Source: Anaerolineae bacterium
GTDB lineage: Bacteria > Chloroflexota > Anaerolineae > Aggregatilineales > Ch27
Assembly (NCBI GenBank): GCA_013178165.1
Contig: JABLXG010000036.1
Coordinates: 6,874 to 70,873, forward strand
Direction of reading: 5' to 3'
Length of the DNA: 64,000 nucleotides
Under the pieces are notes generated by a model. That model saw only the letters and a list, made by a program, of their open reading frames with translations, did not search any database and was not told the origin of the DNA. The stretch's first letter is position 1. Each line of letters begins with the position of its first letter. A program made the position numbers and the translations under genes. This document shows, piece by piece, positions 17,611-25,687 of this stretch.

Positions 17611-18459
17611 ATGAAACCGAAGATTGCCATTGTGACCGATAGCACATCTGATATCCCCGCTGCCCTTGCCGCCGAGCGCCAGATCTTTGTTGCCCCGTTG
17701 CACATCCTGTGGGGCGGCCAGGACTTACTGGACGGCGTCGACATCAGCCGGGAAGAGTTTTACCGGCGGCTGACGACCGATCCCCACCACCCGACTACAT
17801 CTCAGCCCGCTCCGGAGGAATTCGCCGACCTGTTCCAGCGCGCCCGCGATGCCACTGACGCCAGCGCTGTGCTTGCCGTGACCATCTCCGCTGCCATCAG
17901 CGGCACCTACAATTCTGCCGAACAGGCCGCCAGGCTGGTTGACTTTCCGGTTCATCTGGTCGACTCACGGACAACTTCCGGCGCGCTGGGCCTGTTGGCC
18001 CTGGCCATTGCCGACCTGCGTGACAGTGGAGCACCGGTCGAGCAGATCGTCCAGCAGGCACGCGAATACGTCAGCCGGACCCGGGCTATCCTGACCATTG
18101 ATACACTGGAATTCCTGCACCGCAGCGGGCGTGTCAGTGCCGCCCGGCGCTGGATCGGCGTACTGCTACAGATGAAGCCGATTCTGTATGTCAACAATGG
18201 ACGGCTGGAGGCGCTGGAGGCCGTGCGCACCCGCAATGCCGCCCTGACCAGGATGCTGGAACTTTTCAACAGCTGGGTAGATCCCCATCGCCCGCTGCAC
18301 GTGGCCATCCTCTATGGCGACACACCGCAGGACGCCGACGCCTACGAGGCTGCGCTCAAAGAACGCTGGAATCCGGCTTTCATCATGAAGGTGATTGCGT
18401 CTTCAGCGGTTGGTGTGCATACTGGACCCGGCGCAATGGGGCTGACCCTGTTTCAGTAA
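17611..18459 (+). CDS. DegV family protein, copy 4
   Basis: IAIVTDSTSDIP, PTTSQP, LEFLHRSGRVSAA, GVHTGPG. 282 aa. Confidence 0.85.
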   Translation: MKPKIAIVTDSTSDIPAALAAERQIFVAPLHILWGGQDLLDGVDISREEFYRRLTTDPHHPTTSQPAPEEFADLFQRARDATDASAVLAVTISAAISGTYNSAEQAARLVDFPVHLVDSRTTSGALGLLALAIADLRDSGAPVEQIVQQAREYVSRTRAILTIDTLEFLHRSGRVSAARRWIGVLLQMKPILYVNNGRLEALEAVRTRNAALTRMLELFNSWVDPHRPLHVAILYGDTPQDADAYEAALKERWNPAFIMKVIASSAVGVHTGPGAMGLTLFQ

Positions 18460-18492
18460 AGCCCCCTGGTTAGGACACAAGCGAGGAGCAGT

Positions 18493-18978
18493 ATGGAGCT
18501 ATTCACGCCGGAGCATGTCCAGGCGGCGCTGGATCGCTTTGGCCTGGGGCTGAAGATTCGCCTGTTTGAGCAGTCCACCGCAACCTCTCAGGAGGCCGCC
18601 GACGCCATCGGGACGGCGCTCGGTACCATTGTCAAGAGTCTGTGTTTCATGGTGGATGGCCAGCCGGTTGTCGTCCTGGCAGCGGGAGACCAGCGCATTG
18701 ATGACCGCAAGCTGGCCGCGCTCTACAACACTTCCCGCAAAAAGGTCAGGATTGCCACCGCGGAACAGTGCATTGCCATCTTCGGCTACGCGCCCGGCAG
18801 CGTCCCGCCGGTTGGCCACCGCACGCCCAACCTGCCGATCTACATCGAGGATTCGCTGGGGCGCTTCACCCAGCTTTACGCTGCTGCCGGCGCACCAAAT
18901 GCCATCTTCCCGGTGACCTACGAGCAGTTACAGCAGATCACCGGCGGTAAAATCGCCGACCTGAAGCGAGAAGGCTGA
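18493..18978 (+). CDS. YbaK/EbsC-type aminoacyl-tRNA deacylase domain protein
   Basis: 161 aa. IVKSLCF, VVVLAAGDQRID..KLA, FGYAPGSVPPVG are typical of the YbaK/ProX editing-domain family. Confidence 0.75.
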   Translation: MELFTPEHVQAALDRFGLGLKIRLFEQSTATSQEAADAIGTALGTIVKSLCFMVDGQPVVVLAAGDQRIDDRKLAALYNTSRKKVRIATAEQCIAIFGYAPGSVPPVGHRTPNLPIYIEDSLGRFTQLYAAAGAPNAIFPVTYEQLQQITGGKIADLKREG

Positions 18979-19007
18979 ACGCTTTCATCGATGTGGTGTG
19001 GCCCTAT

Positions 19008-19071
19008 CCCACATTTTCCCGCCGGATAACCCACCTTTTCCCACATTATCCCGCACGGAATCCCACCCGTG
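19008..19071. repeat. Imperfect 32-bp tandem direct repeat (2 units) built on CCCAC motifs
   Basis: Unit 1 is cccacattttcccgccggataacccacctttt (19008-19039). Unit 2 is cccacattatcccgcacggaatcccacccgtg (19040-19071). CCCAC occurs at 19008, 19030, 19040 and 19062. Confidence 0.5.
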
Positions 19072-19079
19072 CGGGATAA
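19046..19079. terminator. Perfect 13-bp hairpin between convergent ybaK-like and tsaC genes
   Basis: TTATCCCGCACGG / aatcccac / CCGTGCGGGATAA. There is no clear T-tract on either side. Confidence 0.45.
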
Positions 19080-19085
19080 TGCGCA

Positions 19086-19706
19086 TCAGTAACCCAGCAC
19101 CACCCGGATTTGCCCGTCCGTGATCGGCCCCTGCCGGAAGATCACCGGCGCACCAGCATCATCAAACCCAACCACGGTCGAAGGCGCGCCGCCCGGCGCC
19201 GGGCCGTCATCCATATAGTAGGTTACCGCTGCCCCAAGCTGGGCATAAGCCTGTTGAACGCTGAGCGGATTCGGCCCGCCGGAGCGATTGGCGCTGGTCA
19301 CAGCCAGCGCCCCGCCCATCAAGCGGATGACCGCCCGTGTCAGATCATGATCCGGCACGCGCACGCCCACCGTCGGCAGGGTCGTCAGGTTTTCCGGCAG
19401 GTCAGGCAATTTGGGCAGCACAATCGTCAGCGGCCCAGGCCAGAACGCTTCTGCCAGCAAACGCGCTGCACGCGGCGCCTGCTGACAGACGCGCTCGATT
19501 CCATCAGGGTCACTGAGCAAGAGCGGGATCGGTTTGTCCTCGGCGCGGCCTTTTGCGGCATACAGGCGGTCAATCGCCGCCACCGAATGGGCGGAAGCCG
19601 CCACGCCATAGACGGTATCCGTGGGAAGGACAACCAGCTGCCCCTCCCGCAACGCCTGGTAAGCCAGGGGAACGGTCTTGGCGTTGAAAGGGATAATGCG
19701 ACTCAT
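19086..19706 (-). CDS. tsaC: L-threonylcarbamoyladenylate synthase (YrdC/TsaC type)
   Basis: Start at internal ATG 19706 (MSRIIPF...), overlapping the prmC stop in ATGA. VVLPTDTVYGVAA, DRLYAAKGR..DKPIPLL, SANRSG. Confidence 0.85.
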   Translation of the reverse strand: MSRIIPFNAKTVPLAYQALREGQLVVLPTDTVYGVAASAHSVAAIDRLYAAKGRAEDKPIPLLLSDPDGIERVCQQAPRAARLLAEAFWPGPLTIVLPKLPDLPENLTTLPTVGVRVPDHDLTRAVIRLMGGALAVTSANRSGGPNPLSVQQAYAQLGAAVTYYMDDGPAPGGAPSTVVGFDDAGAPVIFRQGPITDGQIRVVLGY

Positions 19707-20563
19707 CGGGTTACCTCCACGATGCGATCGTGACCGGCATAATCCGGCAGCACCCGCACCCGCGCGCCGGGGAATGCCCGCCGGCAAAGGGCGCTTACCG
19801 CCCTGCCCTGCCCTGCTCCGATCTCCAGCAGCAGGGCAAAAGTGGGTGGCACGCGGTCAGCTGCTTCAGCCGCCAGGCGACGTATCACATCCAAGCCATC
19901 CAGCCCGCCATCCAGCGCCAGACGCGGCTCATGGCGGGCCACAGCCAGGGCCTCCAGATCGGCAGAAGGGATATATGGCAGATTGGCGACGATCAGATCG
20001 GGTTTGACGCCGTCTGGCAGCGCGGTCAGCAGATCCCCCTGGCCAAACCGTACATTGGACACGCCAATCTGGATAGCGTTGCGACGGGCGACCTCCAGCG
20101 CCACAGCGCTGCAATCCAGCGCATAGACGGTCGCCCCTGGCAACGCCGCCGCCAGCGATAGCGCGATCGCCCCGCTGCCAGTCCCTACATCGACGATGGT
20201 CAACCGCTGTTGCGGCCACGTCTGCGCCCAGGCCAGCGCCGCGTCAACCAGATGCTCGGTCTCCGGACGCGGGATCAGCACATCCGGCGTCACGATAAAG
20301 TCATGATGGTAAAAAGCACGCCAGCCGGTCAGGTACGGAATCGGTGTCCCCTCCGCCGCCCTGGCGACCAGTTCCGCATAGTGCGCCGCCTGATCGGGCG
20401 TCAGCAGGCGTTCCGGGTGAGCCAGCAAAGCCGTGCGCTCCACGCCCAGCATCGCCGCTAGCAGCACACCGGCGTCAAGCTGCGGCGAGCCAGACACTGC
20501 GCCGAGCGCCCGGCTGGCCTGGCGTAAAGCCTCACCCACCATTTGCCCGGTTTCCAGTCTCAT
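19703..20563 (-). CDS. prmC: Release factor glutamine N5-methyltransferase
   Basis: SAM motif [12 protein letters not shown]. The catalytic tetrapeptide reads NLPY instead of canonical NPPY. 4-nt overlaps with prfA upstream and tsaC downstream. Confidence 0.85.
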   Translation of the reverse strand: MRLETGQMVGEALRQASRALGAVSGSPQLDAGVLLAAMLGVERTALLAHPERLLTPDQAAHYAELVARAAEGTPIPYLTGWRAFYHHDFIVTPDVLIPRPETEHLVDAALAWAQTWPQQRLTIVDVGTGSGAIALSLAAALPGATVYALDCSAVALEVARRNAIQIGVSNVRFGQGDLLTALPDGVKPDLIVANLPYIPSADLEALAVARHEPRLALDGGLDGLDVIRRLAAEAADRVPPTFALLLEIGAGQGRAVSALCRRAFPGARVRVLPDYAGHDRIVEVTR

Positions 20564-21627
20564 GCCTCAGCCAGTCGCTCCGCCTGCTCGCGGGTGGCCA
20601 GTTCGTCGATGAACATATCGATCTCGCCGGCCATCACTGCGCTCAGGTTGTAACTGCTCAGGTTAATGCGATGGTCGGTCACCCGGTTCTGTGGGAAATT
20701 GTAGGTGCGGATCTTCTCGCTACGCTCGCCGGTGCCCACCTGACTGCGCCGTTCCAGCGCCCGTTCTTCCTGCAGACGGCGCTGCTCCATGTCATACAGC
20801 CGCGCTCGCAAAATGCTCATCGCCCGCAGGCGGTTCTGGGTCTGGCTGCGCTCGTCCTGGCAGGCCACCACCAGGCCGGTTGGCAGATGGGTGATCCGGA
20901 CGGCGGTCTCATTCTTCTGGACGTTCTGGCCGCCAGCGCCGGCGCTGCGATAGGTATCGATCTGCAGGTCGTTAGGGTTGATGTCGATCTCCACCTCATC
21001 TACTTCAGCCAGGACAGCCACCGTCGCCGTGCTGGTATGGATGCGTCCCTGGCTCTCCGTGATCGGCACCCGCTGGACGCGGTGTACCCCGCTTTCGTAC
21101 TTCAGGCGGCTGTAAGCGCCCCGCCCCTTGATCGTGAAGATAATCTCCTTGTACCCGCCCTGGCCAGTTTCGTGAGCGCTGATCACTTCGGTCTTCCAGT
21201 TACGCGCCTCGGCATAGCGCATGTACATGCGCGCCAGGTCCGCGGCGAAAAGCGCTGCCTCATCGCCGCCCGTCCCGGCCCGGATTTCCATGATCACATT
21301 CTTGTCGTCGCGGGGGTCCTTGGGTAGCAGCAACAGACGGATCCGTTCCTCCAGCGCATCACGACGCTGAACCAGACTGTCGATCTCGGCCTCGGCCAGT
21401 TCAGTCAGGTCGGAATCTTCTTCCGCGGCCAGCAAGGCGCGGGCTTCCTCCAGTTCTCTGACCACGCGGCTGTATTCCCGCGAGGCGGCCACAATCTCGT
21501 CAAGCTCGGCCTTTTCCTGGGCCAGTTCTGCGACCCGTTCGTAGTCCACAATCACTGCCGGATCGGCCAGCAGCTTTTCGATCTCGTTATAGCGCGCCTC
21601 GATGCCCGCCAGTTTCTTCTGCAGCAT
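20560..21627 (-). CDS. prfA: Peptide chain release factor 1
   Basis: GGQ motif ([24 protein letters not shown]). Tripeptide anticodon region [14 protein letters not shown] (PxT). 355 aa. Confidence 0.95.
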   Translation of the reverse strand: MLQKKLAGIEARYNEIEKLLADPAVIVDYERVAELAQEKAELDEIVAASREYSRVVRELEEARALLAAEEDSDLTELAEAEIDSLVQRRDALEERIRLLLLPKDPRDDKNVIMEIRAGTGGDEAALFAADLARMYMRYAEARNWKTEVISAHETGQGGYKEIIFTIKGRGAYSRLKYESGVHRVQRVPITESQGRIHTSTATVAVLAEVDEVEIDINPNDLQIDTYRSAGAGGQNVQKNETAVRITHLPTGLVVACQDERSQTQNRLRAMSILRARLYDMEQRRLQEERALERRSQVGTGERSEKIRTYNFPQNRVTDHRINLSSYNLSAVMAGEIDMFIDELATREQAERLAEA

Positions 21628-21778
21628 ACATCCTGCTTCCTGAATTTAGTCGTTCGATCAACACACAAAGCCCCCTCAATCAGCGGGGGGCAGCCAGCAA
21701 CCAGATCTGTCACCAATTTGAGTATAGCGCAGCCCGCCACCAGGCCGCAATACACGGAATCAGTGCTAATACCCCCCC

Positions 21779-23758
21779 TTAGTCGCGCCGCTCACCGTCC
21801 ACAAACGCCCGCTGCCATAGCTCCAGCATCAGCAGGCGCAAAACCAGTTGAATGTGATTCTCCCGCCCGGTGAAGTGGCGTTCCACCAGGTCAACCACCG
21901 CCTGCCGCTGGAAGTAGCCTCGCTCCAGCGTACGGCGATCCAGCAGAATCGCCTGCACCCGATCACGCAGCGGCCCATCCAGCCAGGCCTGTACCGGACT
22001 GCCAAACCACTGCTTGGGGCGTTCCAGCGCCCAGGGCGGCAGGTATGGCCGCATTGCTTCCCGCAGGAGCCACTTATTGCCGCGTGTCTTGAGGTGCGGT
22101 GGCAGGCGGATGGCAAAGTCCAGCAGCGGGCGGTCAAAGAAGGGCACGCGCAGTTCCAGGGAATGGGCCATCGTCACCTTGTCCGCCACCAGCAGGGCAT
22201 CTGCCGGGAGCCACGTCAGCGCCACCAGCGCCTGGACGAGATCGACCGGATCATCGCTGCGGCGGCGTGCCTCTGCCAGCAGGTCGGCGAAGGCGGCTTC
22301 TTTGTGGCCTGCCTGGCGGCGCAGGGCGTTCAGATCAGGCGAGTACAGGCGTCGCCGCAACCCTTCCGAAAGGGTATAGCCTTCATAGGAGATGCCGCGC
22401 CGCAGCGCTTCTTCCACCGGCAGCAGCGGCATCTGCCAGCGTGGCAGGTAGTACGGCAACGCTCCCAGCACCGGGTAGCGTTTGAGCGTCGCATACCACG
22501 GCTCCAGCAGGCCCAGTGGCCGGCCTACCAGCTTCGCCCGCCACACTGGCGCGAGCAGGCGGTCCAGACGCGCCGACAGACGCAACAACAACGGCCAGAC
22601 GGCGTGGGATTGATAGCCGCAGAACAGCTCATCCCCACCGGTACCGTTCAGCACAACCTTGACTTCCTGCGCGGCGAGTCGGGCCAGCGCCTGCAGGCTA
22701 ACCGCCGAAGGGTTATCAATTGGCTCGTCGGCATGGTAGACAAACGCGTCAAAGTGCTGCCACCAGTCTTCCGCGGTAATGACCAGTTCCCGGTGTCTGG
22801 CCCGAAAATGTCGGGCAACCCGCCGCGCCTGTTCAAGCTCGTTGTCGCCGGTGGGGATGTCATAGCCGACGGTAAAGGTGACGACGCTGTCCGGCTCGCA
22901 GGCGCTCATCAGCGCCAGCATGGTCGCCGAGTCAATCCCCCCGCTGAGGAACAGGCCCAGAGGCACATCGGAACGCAGGTGCAGCCGGACGCTGTCCTGC
23001 AACAGAAGGCGCGCCTGATCCACGGCTTCTTCCGGTGTGACGGGCACAGGCCCCCCGGCCAGCGGGTCCTGATCAGCATCTGCCCAGTTCCAGAAGCGCC
23101 CCTGCTCCACAGAGCCGGTCCGCGTATCGACAACCAGAAAGTGGCCGGGCATCAGGCGGCGGATGCCTGCAAACAGAGTCCGTTCGCCCAGCATGTAGCC
23201 AAAGGTTAGCGCCGTATCCAGCACAGCAGGATCAGGCGTCGCCTGAACCTCAGGATCGACTAACAACGCTTTGATCTCGCTGGCGAAGAGCAGTCGCCCG
23301 TTGCATTGTGTCAGGTACAGCGGCTTCATCCCGATATGATCGACGGCCAGCACCAGCCGGGCGTGAGGTGCATCCCACAGTGCGAAGGCGTACATGCCAC
23401 GCAGGTGATCAAACAGGGAGAGTCCGTATTGCTCATACAGGTGGACGACCGTCTCGGTATCCGTCTGCGTGGCGAAGCGGTGGCCCAGCGTACCGAGCGC
23501 CTGGCGCAGTTCGATGTAGTTGTAGATCTCGCCGTTGAAGGCCAGCGCCAGCGTACCATCCTCGTTGAAGATCGGCTGGTCGCCACCGACCACGTCGATG
23601 ATGCTGAGCCGCCGCATCCCCAGGGAGATGCCGGGTGCGTCGAAGAAGCCCTCGCCGTCCGGCCCGCGATGGGCGATTCGCGCGGTCATGGCGCGGGTCA
23701 GGGCCGGGTTCACCCGATCTCGGCCCAGGAGGTCAATGCTGCCTGCTATCCCACACAT
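21779..23758 (-). CDS. asnB: Asparagine synthase (glutamine-hydrolysing)
   Basis: N-terminal nucleophile MCGI, Ntn amidotransferase domain, PP-loop LFLSGGIDSA. 659 aa. Confidence 0.9.
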   Translation of the reverse strand: MCGIAGSIDLLGRDRVNPALTRAMTARIAHRGPDGEGFFDAPGISLGMRRLSIIDVVGGDQPIFNEDGTLALAFNGEIYNYIELRQALGTLGHRFATQTDTETVVHLYEQYGLSLFDHLRGMYAFALWDAPHARLVLAVDHIGMKPLYLTQCNGRLLFASEIKALLVDPEVQATPDPAVLDTALTFGYMLGERTLFAGIRRLMPGHFLVVDTRTGSVEQGRFWNWADADQDPLAGGPVPVTPEEAVDQARLLLQDSVRLHLRSDVPLGLFLSGGIDSATMLALMSACEPDSVVTFTVGYDIPTGDNELEQARRVARHFRARHRELVITAEDWWQHFDAFVYHADEPIDNPSAVSLQALARLAAQEVKVVLNGTGGDELFCGYQSHAVWPLLLRLSARLDRLLAPVWRAKLVGRPLGLLEPWYATLKRYPVLGALPYYLPRWQMPLLPVEEALRRGISYEGYTLSEGLRRRLYSPDLNALRRQAGHKEAAFADLLAEARRRSDDPVDLVQALVALTWLPADALLVADKVTMAHSLELRVPFFDRPLLDFAIRLPPHLKTRGNKWLLREAMRPYLPPWALERPKQWFGSPVQAWLDGPLRDRVQAILLDRRTLERGYFQRQAVVDLVERHFTGRENHIQLVLRLLMLELWQRAFVDGERRD

Positions 23759-23766
23759 GGCGGGTC

Positions 23767-23794
23767 ATTATACCATGCCGGTATTCGCTGCCAA
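23767..23794 (-). promoter_or_regulatory. Promoter candidate (TTGGCA-16 nt-TATAAT) ending 8 nt before the asnB ATG, which predicts a leaderless or near-leaderless mRNA
   Basis: On the minus strand, TTGGCA is at 23794-23789 and TATAAT at 23772-23767. Only GACCCGCC lies between the -10 and the ATG (23758), and no SD is present. Confidence 0.45.
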
Positions 23795-23827
23795 TGTAGT
23801 AGGCTACATAGTGAACACCGGTGATAA

Positions 23828-25235
23828 GGGTGCATTCCAGATTGGGGGCAAGAAAGGGGTAGACTAGGGGGACGCTGAGGAGGATAAGCCAAATGGGACA
23901 ATCAGACGGGGCGTTGCGGGCGGCGCTGCAAGCGCAAATGAGCGAGATACTCGATGCTTTACTGGCCGAGAAGACGGCAGCTGAGCAGATCACCTTGAGT
24001 GAGATAGAGCAATTGGTGACGGTGGCAGGGAAGAAGATGCAGGCGGTGTTGACGGCGGGGTTGGTGGAGCAGGCGAGCGAGGAAGACCGGTCAGCGGCGG
24101 GGCCAGTGTGTGCGCATTGTGGGCAGGCCATGCACTACAAGGGACAAAAGGGGAAGTACGTAGTCACGGCAACAGGGGGAGTGCAGGTCAAGCGGGCCTA
24201 TTACTACTGCAAGACCTGCCGGGCGGGTGTTTTTCCCCCTGGATCAGCGATGGGGACTGGGAGCGAGCCAGTATAGTGAGCGACTGAGCAAGCAAATCGT
24301 GTGGCTGAGCAGCCTGTTGCCCTATGCCCAGGTGAGCCAGGTCATGGCGTGCATTGGGGGGCAGACCATCGGTCAGACCAATGCCTGGCGTGAGACCCAG
24401 CACCGGGGGGCACAACTGCAGGCGGAAATGGCCCGCCGACAGGCTGCCCTGCGGCCTGAGCGCATCGTGCCCAGCAATGCTCGCCAGGACCATCAGCGGC
24501 TGAAAGGGGTGAGCCTAGATGGCGGGATGGTGCATGTGCGTGGCGAGGGCTGGAAGGAGTTTAAAGTCGGGGTAGTCTATGATCTGGGCGTCCGTGATGG
24601 GTATGATGTGCGGAGTGGGGAAGCCGCTGCGCAGCCCTGCGCGGAACAGAGCCACTACACGGCAGTGCTGGGTGACGTAGCCCGCTTTTCCCCGGCTTTG
24701 TGGGAACTGGCCGCAGCTCATGACCTGTTGAATGCCGCCCGCAGCAGCGTCACCGCTGACGGGGCCGAGTGGATTTGGAACCTCTGTGCCGACATATTTC
24801 CCGACAGTGTCCAGATTGTCGATTGGTACCATGCCACCCAACACCTGGCTGAGGCGGCGCAAGCCCTCTTCCCTACCGCGGAGGCCCAGGCGATAAGCTG
24901 GTATCACCAGGCCCAGGACCTCTTGTTCTACGGCCAGGCCTGGCGCATCGTTCAGACCTTGCACCAGGCGGGATTACCAGACCTGGCGCTGTATTTCGAG
25001 CGTCACCAACGTCGCATGCGCTACCACGAGTTTCGCGAAGAAGGCTGGCTGATTGGGTCTGGCCCTGTTGAAAGCGGCATCAAACAATACCGAACCCGCC
25101 TGGCCGGTGCGGAATGCACTGGTCCCGCCCAGGTGTGGAGCGGATGCTTGTCCTGCGTTCTGCAGTCTTGAGCCACGACTTCGATGACCTCTGGACTGCC
25201 GCGGCTTGACCCTGCCCCCAATCTGGAATGCACCC
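23828..25235 (+). mobile_element. ISKra4-family insertion sequence, about 1.41 kb, with perfect terminal IRs and a target-site duplication
   Basis: IRL gggtgcattccagattgggggca (23828-23850) is the exact reverse complement of IRR (25213-25235). Flanking direct repeat GGTGATAA at 23820-23827 and 25237-25244. The boundary is ambiguous by 1 nt, giving a 7-8 bp TSD. Confidence 0.8.
23893..25209 (+). pseudogene. ISKra4-type transposase gene disrupted by two 1-nt frameshifts
   Basis: ORFs 23893..24276 and 24227..25171 join as ...CKTCRAGVFPLDQRWGLG... if one nt is removed from the T5C5 run at about 24229-24240. A second shift near 25100 restores the family-typical tail GMHWSRPGVERMLVLRSAVLSHDFDDLWTAAA* (stop 25207-25209). 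Confidence 0.75.
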
Positions 25236-25251
25236 TGGTGATAACTGCCGC

Positions 25252-25280
25252 TGGACAGTCAGACGGTCATCTGGTAAAAT
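25252..25280 (+). promoter_or_regulatory. Promoter candidate for rpsT (TGGACA-17 nt-TAAAAT)
   Basis: TGGACA at 25252-25257 and TAAAAT at 25275-25280. It starts 8 nt after the right TSD copy of the IS. Confidence 0.45.
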
Positions 25281-25331
25281 GCGGCGACAAGAATGAGAAC
25301 AGGCACGAAAAGTTCGGGAGAGGGTTTTCCG

Positions 25332-25598
25332 TTGGCTCACCACAAGTCTGCACTCAAGCGCATTCGGAGCAACGAACGCAAGCGGATCGCTAACCGCATT
25401 ATCCTCGTGCGTTCGCGCACATTTGTCAAAAAGGCCACGGCGACCATCAGCGGCGGCGATGCCCAGGCAGCCCGTGAAGCGACACTGGCGGCCATCCGTG
25501 AACTGGACAAGGCTGTGACCAAAGGCGTGCTGCACAAGAACACCGCTGCCCGCAAGAAGAGCCGCCTGATGAAGAAGCTGAACGCCCTCAGCCGGTAA
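25332..25598 (+). CDS. rpsT: 30S ribosomal protein S20
   Basis: TTG start at 25332 (SD GGGAGAGGG upstream) gives MAHHKSALKRIRSNERKRIANR..., the canonical S20 N-terminus. The track ORF starts 39 nt earlier. Confidence 0.9.
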   Translation: MAHHKSALKRIRSNERKRIANRIILVRSRTFVKKATATISGGDAQAAREATLAAIRELDKAVTKGVLHKNTAARKKSRLMKKLNALSR

Positions 25599-25628
25599 CC
25601 CGGCGCGTTCGTTTGCTGGAACAAATCG

Positions 25629-25670
25629 ACACAGCCGACCGCATTGCGGGTCGGCTGTGTGTTGTTGGTT
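25629..25670 (+). terminator. Rho-independent terminator of rpsT
   Basis: ACACAGCCGACC / gcattgcg / GGTCGGCTGTGT forms a perfect 12-bp stem, followed by GTTGTTGGTT. Confidence 0.7.
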
Positions 25671-25687
25671 ATGGCTGCCAGCCCGCT

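Noticed and set aside
20560-21627. Checked the release-factor gene for the programmed +1 frameshift known from prfB
   Set aside because: The gene is RF1 (a PxT-type tripeptide region, not SPF) and forms a single uninterrupted ORF, so no frameshift site is expected or seen.
24225-24245. T5C5 run at the ISKra4 transposase ORF junction as a programmed ribosomal frameshift site
   Set aside because: The required shift is +1 (frame 1 to frame 2), not the -1 used by IS3/IS1-type elements. ISKra4-family transposases are single-ORF as far as I know, and a second unrelated frameshift lies near 25100. A mutation or sequencing error is the simpler explanation.
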